Part shown: positions 58,789-64,000 of the stretch, one piece after another | Numbering within the stretch: position 1 is the stretch's first letter | Layout of the letters: each line of letters starts with the position of its first letter | From: an uncultured Pseudomonadales bacterium | GTDB taxonomy: Bacteria; Patescibacteriota; Microgenomatia; UBA1400; MFAQ01 | DNA length: 64,000 nucleotides | Assembly (NCBI GenBank): GCA_964564895.1 | Contig: CAZMCB010000002.1 | Span: forward strand, 2,721-66,720 | Direction: 5' to 3' | Made by a program: the position numbers and the translations under genes | Notes under the pieces: generated by a model | Database searches by the model: none | Told to the model about the DNA's origin: nothing | What the model saw: only the letters and a program-made list of their open reading frames with translations

Positions 58789-59472
58789 TTATATCAGCTC
58801 TATGGCCCTTTTAGCAGCATTCTGCTCAGCATCCTGCTTGCTTTTGCCTGTTCCTGTTGTTAATTCTTTGTTATCTATCATTACGACTACCTCGAATGTT
58901 TTCTCGTGATCAGGTCCTGATTCCTTGATTGTTTTGTAAAGTGGTGAAGAAAAACCCTTTGCCTGAACTTTTTCTTGGAGTATTGATTTTGCATCTTTGA
59001 GCCTATCTTCTTGAATTATGTTTTCTGCGTTTGGCTGAATAAATTTAATAAAAAAGTTATTTGCTGCTTCTAAACCACCATCACAGTAGACTGCTCCAAT
59101 AAGACTTTCGATCACGTCCTCTAAAATTGATGGATTATTTCTGCCTCCAGTTGATTCTTCGCCTTTACTCATATTGATAAAGGTGTCAAATCCATAGTCT
59201 TTGGCTACTTTTGATAAAGCTTCTGTTCGAACAGTGGCAGATCTTGCGGCCGTGAGGTACCCTTCCATTTTGTCGGGATACTTGTTAAATAGATATGTCG
59301 AAATAATCATTTCTAATACGGCATCTCCTAAAAATTCAAGCCTTTCATAGCTTTCGTTGACCCCAGGCTCGTTTAAGCACGAACGATGAGTAAGCGCAGT
59401 ATTTAGGAGACTCTCGTTTTTGAAGGAATAATCTAAAAGAATTTGAAGTGATTTAAGGCTTGGCTTGGTCAT
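58789..59472 (-). CDS. rnc: Ribonuclease III
   Basis: ERLEFLGDAVL; dsRBD GPDH..AEQNAA. Confidence 0.97.
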   Translation of the reverse strand: MTKPSLKSLQILLDYSFKNESLLNTALTHRSCLNEPGVNESYERLEFLGDAVLEMIISTYLFNKYPDKMEGYLTAARSATVRTEALSKVAKDYGFDTFINMSKGEESTGGRNNPSILEDVIESLIGAVYCDGGLEAANNFFIKFIQPNAENIIQEDRLKDAKSILQEKVQAKGFSSPLYKTIKESGPDHEKTFEVVVMIDNKELTTGTGKSKQDAEQNAAKRAIELI

Positions 59473-59842
59473 CTGTATTTTCGGATCTTCCGGTGAGAGC
59501 TATGGCTGATGCTAAAGCTCCGTTGACAAAGCTTGAACTGGTTTTGCCACCATATCGTTTGGCGATTTCAACAGCTTCATCAATAATAACTTTTGTAGGT
59601 GTTTCTGTTTTGAAAAGTAGTTCGTATACTGCTTGTTCTAAAACAGCCAAATCGACTCTGTTTATTTGAGAAATTGGCCATTCTGGAGCACATTTTTGGA
59701 CAATTTCGTCAATTTTTTCTATATTTGCCTGTATTTTGTCAACTCTTGTTGGATGTTCTGGTTGTGCAGTAAAACCTCCAGCAAAGAGTGACTTAAAAAC
59801 AGCAATACGTTTTAGGTGTCTGGGATCTTGGGCAGATTTCAC
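59453..59842 (-). CDS. nusB: Transcription antitermination factor NusB
   Basis: W....N.VD.AVL, VIIDEAVEIAKRYG, FVNGAL. Confidence 0.93.
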   Translation of the reverse strand: MKSAQDPRHLKRIAVFKSLFAGGFTAQPEHPTRVDKIQANIEKIDEIVQKCAPEWPISQINRVDLAVLEQAVYELLFKTETPTKVIIDEAVEIAKRYGGKTSSSFVNGALASAIALTGRSENTDDQAKP

Positions 59843-59848
59843 AGTATT

Positions 59849-60001
59849 TTATTTAGCTTTACAAACTGGACAAGCAAAATGAGACTTTTTCAAATTTCCA
59901 CATTTTTTACAGATAATCATCTTGGGTTCGATGAGATGGATTTGAGAACGTCTGGCTCCTTGTCTGGCTGTAGAGATTTTTCTTTTTGGTGTAGCGGCCA
60001 T
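59849..60001 (-). CDS. rpmF: 50S ribosomal protein bL32 (not in ORF track)
   Basis: MAATPKRKISTARQGARRSQ...CKKCG...HFACPVC, 50 aa. Confidence 0.93.
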   Translation of the reverse strand: MAATPKRKISTARQGARRSQIHLIEPKMIICKKCGNLKKSHFACPVCKAK

Positions 60002-60036
60002 ATTATTTTTTTATTATTAATGTTACTTTCCCTATT

Positions 60037-62022
60037 TTAGCAAGTTTCGAGCTTACTGGCAATCTGTAGCGCAGTTTTTGGAGATTTAGTTACTAAGGCT
60101 TTTGCGTAGTCTTTGGCGATTAAAAATAATTTTTTGGACCAGAAATATTTTAATCTTGTGGCTAAATTACCGTGTTGTTTTGTCCCAAAAACCTCGCCGG
60201 CTCCCCTTAGACGAAGATCTTTCTGTGCCAGTATTAATCCAGAGTTATGTTTTTGTAGTAGTTGGAGTCGTTCTGTTTCTTCCTCATCATCCGTAGAGGG
60301 AACTAAAAAACAGTAACCTTGTTCTTCTCCTCTACCTACACGCCCTCTTAGTTGATGAAGACTAGCCAGTCCAAATCTTTCGGCAGAGTGAATAATCATA
60401 ATATTGGCAGTAGGGATATCAATACCTACTTCGATTAGCGATGTGGCAACTAGTACCCCACTCCCCTGTTTCTTAAATGTTGTCAATATATTGTTTTGTT
60501 CTTCAGGCTTCATTTTGCCGTGAATTGAGAGAACTGGATATTTGTCCGGAATTATTTTTTGATAAAACTTAGATATTTTTTCAACTGAAGCTACTCCTGT
60601 TTCGTGGTCCTCAATATTTGGACAAACAACAAAAATTTGGCTTCCTTTTGATAGCTGCTGTGCTAACCATTCAGGACTTTTTTTAAAATGAGTTGGAGAA
60701 TATACGTAGGTTTTTGTGGGGACTCTGTTTTGTGGTTTATGGACAATATTGCTGATGTTGATGTCGCCTAGCAATCCAAGCGCTACAGTTCTTGGAATTG
60801 GTGTGGCAGAAAGATTGAATAAATGAGGAATTGGTGTTCGAGATAGCAACTCATCTCTTTGCTTTACACCAAATTTGTGTTGTTCGTCTATGGCAACAAA
60901 GGCTAAAGGATATCTCATTTTGGGTGGAAGGTTTGTTAAAAGAGAGTGTGTTCCGATGTAGATCGAAGGTTTATTGAAATTTATCTTTTCTTTTGAAGAT
61001 CCGGTGAGTAACTGAGTATCTTTTGGAAAAAGTGAGAGTGAGATGAATGTTTTGTAGTGTTGGTTTGCTAGAATCTCTGTGGGTGCCAGTATTGCGCAGC
61101 TAAAATCATTTTCGAGACATTGATTTGCAGCAAACAGTAGGGTGGCAGTCTTTCCTGAACCTGTATCTCCCTGTATTAATCGATGAGTAAAGTCTTTTCT
61201 TTTGAGATCTTTATATAGAGCAGAAACAGTGTTTTCTTGATCTTCAGTGAGTTTAAATGGAAGTTTATTGGCAGTTTTATTTGTTATTTCGGACTTTATA
61301 TTTATTGAGATTGAATCACCTAAATTTTTTAGTTCAATTTGATTTTGTATATTTATCCGAAGATGTTCGTTAAACGACAGCCTGCGGTCTGCCCTGAAAC
61401 GTAACTCTTTTGATTTTGGGAAATGAATGTATTGATAAGCTTCAGGGCTTGACAATAGATTGTGTTTTTTCAGTATATTATCGTCGACGGGATCAGTAAT
61501 ATTTATTAATGGAAGAGTGTTATGGATCTTTGTTCTCAGCCATTTGGAAGTTATTCCTTCTGTTAGCGGATATATTGGCACGAGACCTGCGGTGTTTATG
61601 GAGGGTGTATTTCCCTCTTCAATTACAGGAGAAACGATAGTAATACTTTTTCCCCAAAAAGTAACTTTTCCAGCCACGATGTAGGTTGAGTTTTTTTTTA
61701 TTAATCTTTTTATGTAAGGGTTGTTGAACCATGTAAGAGTTATCTTTCCTGAGGAGTCTTTTGCAGTACATTGTGTAAGGAGTTTCCCTGATTTTGTGAA
61801 AAAGGTACTTACTTTTCCTAGAGTTCCTATGAATACATGATTTTTTCCTACCGAAAGTTGTCTAATTAGGACTGGAGTAGAAAAATCAAAATATCGAGAA
61901 GGATAATGATTTATTAGATCACCTACCTTTTCTATTCCGAGACGAGATAGCTTTTCTAAAGTAGAATCCCCTACCCCTTTGACAACATCTATGGTGTCAG
62001 TTGGGTACAAAATATTGCTCAT
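60037..62022 (-). CDS. recG: ATP-dependent DNA helicase RecG
   Basis: QGDTGSGKT, DEQHKFG, SATPIPR, LHQLRGRVGRG. Confidence 0.96.
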   Translation of the reverse strand: MSNILYPTDTIDVVKGVGDSTLEKLSRLGIEKVGDLINHYPSRYFDFSTPVLIRQLSVGKNHVFIGTLGKVSTFFTKSGKLLTQCTAKDSSGKITLTWFNNPYIKRLIKKNSTYIVAGKVTFWGKSITIVSPVIEEGNTPSINTAGLVPIYPLTEGITSKWLRTKIHNTLPLINITDPVDDNILKKHNLLSSPEAYQYIHFPKSKELRFRADRRLSFNEHLRINIQNQIELKNLGDSISINIKSEITNKTANKLPFKLTEDQENTVSALYKDLKRKDFTHRLIQGDTGSGKTATLLFAANQCLENDFSCAILAPTEILANQHYKTFISLSLFPKDTQLLTGSSKEKINFNKPSIYIGTHSLLTNLPPKMRYPLAFVAIDEQHKFGVKQRDELLSRTPIPHLFNLSATPIPRTVALGLLGDINISNIVHKPQNRVPTKTYVYSPTHFKKSPEWLAQQLSKGSQIFVVCPNIEDHETGVASVEKISKFYQKIIPDKYPVLSIHGKMKPEEQNNILTTFKKQGSGVLVATSLIEVGIDIPTANIMIIHSAERFGLASLHQLRGRVGRGEEQGYCFLVPSTDDEEETERLQLLQKHNSGLILAQKDLRLRGAGEVFGTKQHGNLATRLKYFWSKKLFLIAKDYAKALVTKSPKTALQIASKLETC

Positions 62023-62115
62023 CTAGAGAAAAGCTGAGATAAAAGTGGTAAGTACAAGAGCTAGTGAACCGATCATGATTATTGCCGTGTAAAATCTTTT
62101 CTTTCTTTTAGTCAT
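62023..62115 (-). CDS. 30-aa single-TM peptide (not in ORF track)
   Basis: MTKRKKRFYTAIIMIGSLALVLTTFISAFL; its TAG abuts the recG ATG. Confidence 0.55.
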   Translation of the reverse strand: MTKRKKRFYTAIIMIGSLALVLTTFISAFL

Positions 62116-62166
62116 GTGTTGTCGTTAATTTAGTTTATTATAGTATTATTGTATTGAAACATATAT

Positions 62167-64000
62167 ATGTATAGAAAGAGAAAACTTAATCTTGGTCCAG
62201 TTTTTAATAAATTCAACTGGGGGAAAATAATCTTTTTTGGTTTAATCGGATTTTCTTTGATCATGATCATTTTGTTTTTGTGGTATTCCCGTGGTTTGCC
62301 AGATCCTGGGAAAGTACAAAGACAGTCTGGTTTTTCTACGGAGATTTTAGATCGAACTGGAGAGACGGTGTTGTATGACGTGATTACCGATCAAGATCGT
62401 AGGTTTACCCCCCTTTCTGAGGTACCACAGAGCCTCAGAGACGCTACTATTTCAGTTGAGGACAAGGATTTTTATAAACATCAAGGGTTTGATCCTCTTG
62501 GGTATCTTCGTATCGTAAAAAACATAATTGTTAACCACCGCTTAATTGGTGGTTCCACCATTACTCAACAGCTAGTAAAAACGGTACTTTTGACAAATGA
62601 AAGAAAAGTATCTCGTAAGATCCGTGAATTTGTTTTGGCTGTACGAATAGAAAAAACATATTCAAAAGATGAGATCTTACAAATGTACCTTAATGAAGTC
62701 CCCTATGGAGGAGGCACTGCAGGAGTTGCGGCTGCTGCCGAACAGTATTTTGGTAAGGAAGTTAAAGATTTAAATCTTACTGAAAGTATTATTTTGGCTG
62801 GTTTGCCTCAATCACCTTCTCGATACTCACCATACATAGGTGAACCTTTAGCCTATGTCCCTCGTGCAAAAGAAGTTGCTCGAAGAATGCGTGAAGATGA
62901 AAAAATTACAAAAGAGCAAGAATCTCAAGTTTTATCAGAACTAGATAAAGTTGTTTTTAGAGGTTTGGGATCAAAAATTAAGGCTCCTCATTTTGTGATG
63001 TATGTTAAACAAATCCTTGAAGACAAGTACGGTACAAACGTGTTGGATGTTGGTGGTTTAAAAGTAACTACAAGTTTGGACTGGGAGTTACAAGAAAAAG
63101 CAGAGAAAGTAGTAAAAGAAGAAATTGATAAAGTATCAAAAAGCTTAAATATCAGTAATGGTGCTTCGATAATGCTTGACACAAATACAGGAGAAATTCT
63201 AAGTATGGTTGGATCAAAAGATTATTTCGATAAAACTATCGATGGTGAAGTAAATGTAACCACAAGACAAAGACAGCCTGGTTCTTCGATCAAACCTTTG
63301 GTTTACGCTAGCGCTTTTAGTAAGGGTTATTCCCCCGCTTCAGTATTGGCTGATGTAATTACAGAGTTTCCAGGGAAAGACGAAAATACTCCTTATATTC
63401 CAAAAAACTACGATGGTAAGGAGAGAGGCTTGTTACACCTAAGAGAAGCTTTGGCTAGTTCAATAAATATTCCTGCAGTAAAACTTCTGGCTCTTACGGG
63501 CGTTGAAGACGTCTTGAGTCAGGGATATAAGATGGGATTTACGACGCTGGAACCTACCAAAGAGACCCTGTCTCGTGTCGGTCTCTCAATGGCGTTGGGT
63601 GGTGCTGAGATTAAGTTAATTGACATGGCCGCAGCTTACAGTTCTTTTGCCAATGGAGGGCTAAAAGTGGAACCTGTTGCGATTTTAAAAATAGAAGACA
63701 GCACTGGGAAGGTAATATTTGAGAATAAACAATTAAAAAAAGAAAAAGTTCTTGATGAAAAGGTGGGATTCCTAATTAACTCTGTATTGTCGGACAATAA
63801 TGCACGTTTGTTGACGTTTGGAGTAAATTCTTATTTAAATCTGGGTAGTAGAGCTGTGGCTGTAAAAACCGGAACAACTAACGATCTTAGAGACAACTGG
63901 ACTATTGGCTGGAGTCGTGACACCATAGTCGGTGTTTGGGTTGGAAATAATAACAATGACAAGATGAAAAATGTTGCTTCAGGTGTGTCTGGAGCTGCTC
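62167..64000 (+). CDS. Class A penicillin-binding protein (PBP1A-like), runs off window end
   Basis: TM; EDKDFYKHQG, GGSTITQQLVK; RQPGSSIKP, SIN, KTGTT. Confidence 0.95.
   Translation, partial: MYRKRKLNLGPVFNKFNWGKIIFFGLIGFSLIMIILFLWYSRGLPDPGKVQRQSGFSTEILDRTGETVLYDVITDQDRRFTPLSEVPQSLRDATISVEDKDFYKHQGFDPLGYLRIVKNIIVNHRLIGGSTITQQLVKTVLLTNERKVSRKIREFVLAVRIEKTYSKDEILQMYLNEVPYGGGTAGVAAAAEQYFGKEVKDLNLTESIILAGLPQSPSRYSPYIGEPLAYVPRAKEVARRMREDEKITKEQESQVLSELDKVVFRGLGSKIKAPHFVMYVKQILEDKYGTNVLDVGGLKVTTSLDWELQEKAEKVVKEEIDKVSKSLNISNGASIMLDTNTGEILSMVGSKDYFDKTIDGEVNVTTRQRQPGSSIKPLVYASAFSKGYSPASVLADVITEFPGKDENTPYIPKNYDGKERGLLHLREALASSINIPAVKLLALTGVEDVLSQGYKMGFTTLEPTKETLSRVGLSMALGGAEIKLIDMAAAYSSFANGGLKVEPVAILKIEDSTGKVIFENKQLKKEKVLDEKVGFLINSVLSDNNARLLTFGVNSYLNLGSRAVAVKTGTTNDLRDNWTIGWSRDTIVGVWVGNNNNDKMKNVASGVSGAA

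Overview
Gene-dense, AT-rich bacterial chromosome segment using genetic code 11. The gene set (short RF1 and YebC, PilQ-less type IV pilus cluster, single Xer) suggests Patescibacteria/CPR, probably Microgenomates (inference). Core genes: rseP, rpsU, ybeY, dnaX-ybaB-recR, cysS, ychF, rpsF-ssb-rpsR, ctpA, rpmE-prfA, dnaB, sod, tRNA-Leu(CAA), efp, lgt-like/dksA/lspA/rluD, yebC, xer, gyrB-ppa-gyrA, holB, a 12-kb T4P locus, recG-rpmF-nusB-rnc-rpsP-khpA and a partial class A PBP. The main unexplained structure is a two-tier expression grammar. Core transcription units are mostly leaderless, with a -10 box 5-9 nt before the ATG. In contrast, 13 dispersed modules of mostly orphan genes share one layout: sigma70 promoter, boxA-like motif, strong Shine-Dalgarno, 1-3 ORFs, then an intrinsic terminator. 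Other signals: a 1-kb non-coding region with an 11-6-11 dif-like palindrome (half-site repeated in the xer promoter), DnaA boxes and phased repeats; a 144-bp structured element duplicating the tRNA 3' end; two related large fold-back intergenic elements; and several small ORFs missing from the supplied track. All calls were made by eye; no searches were run.
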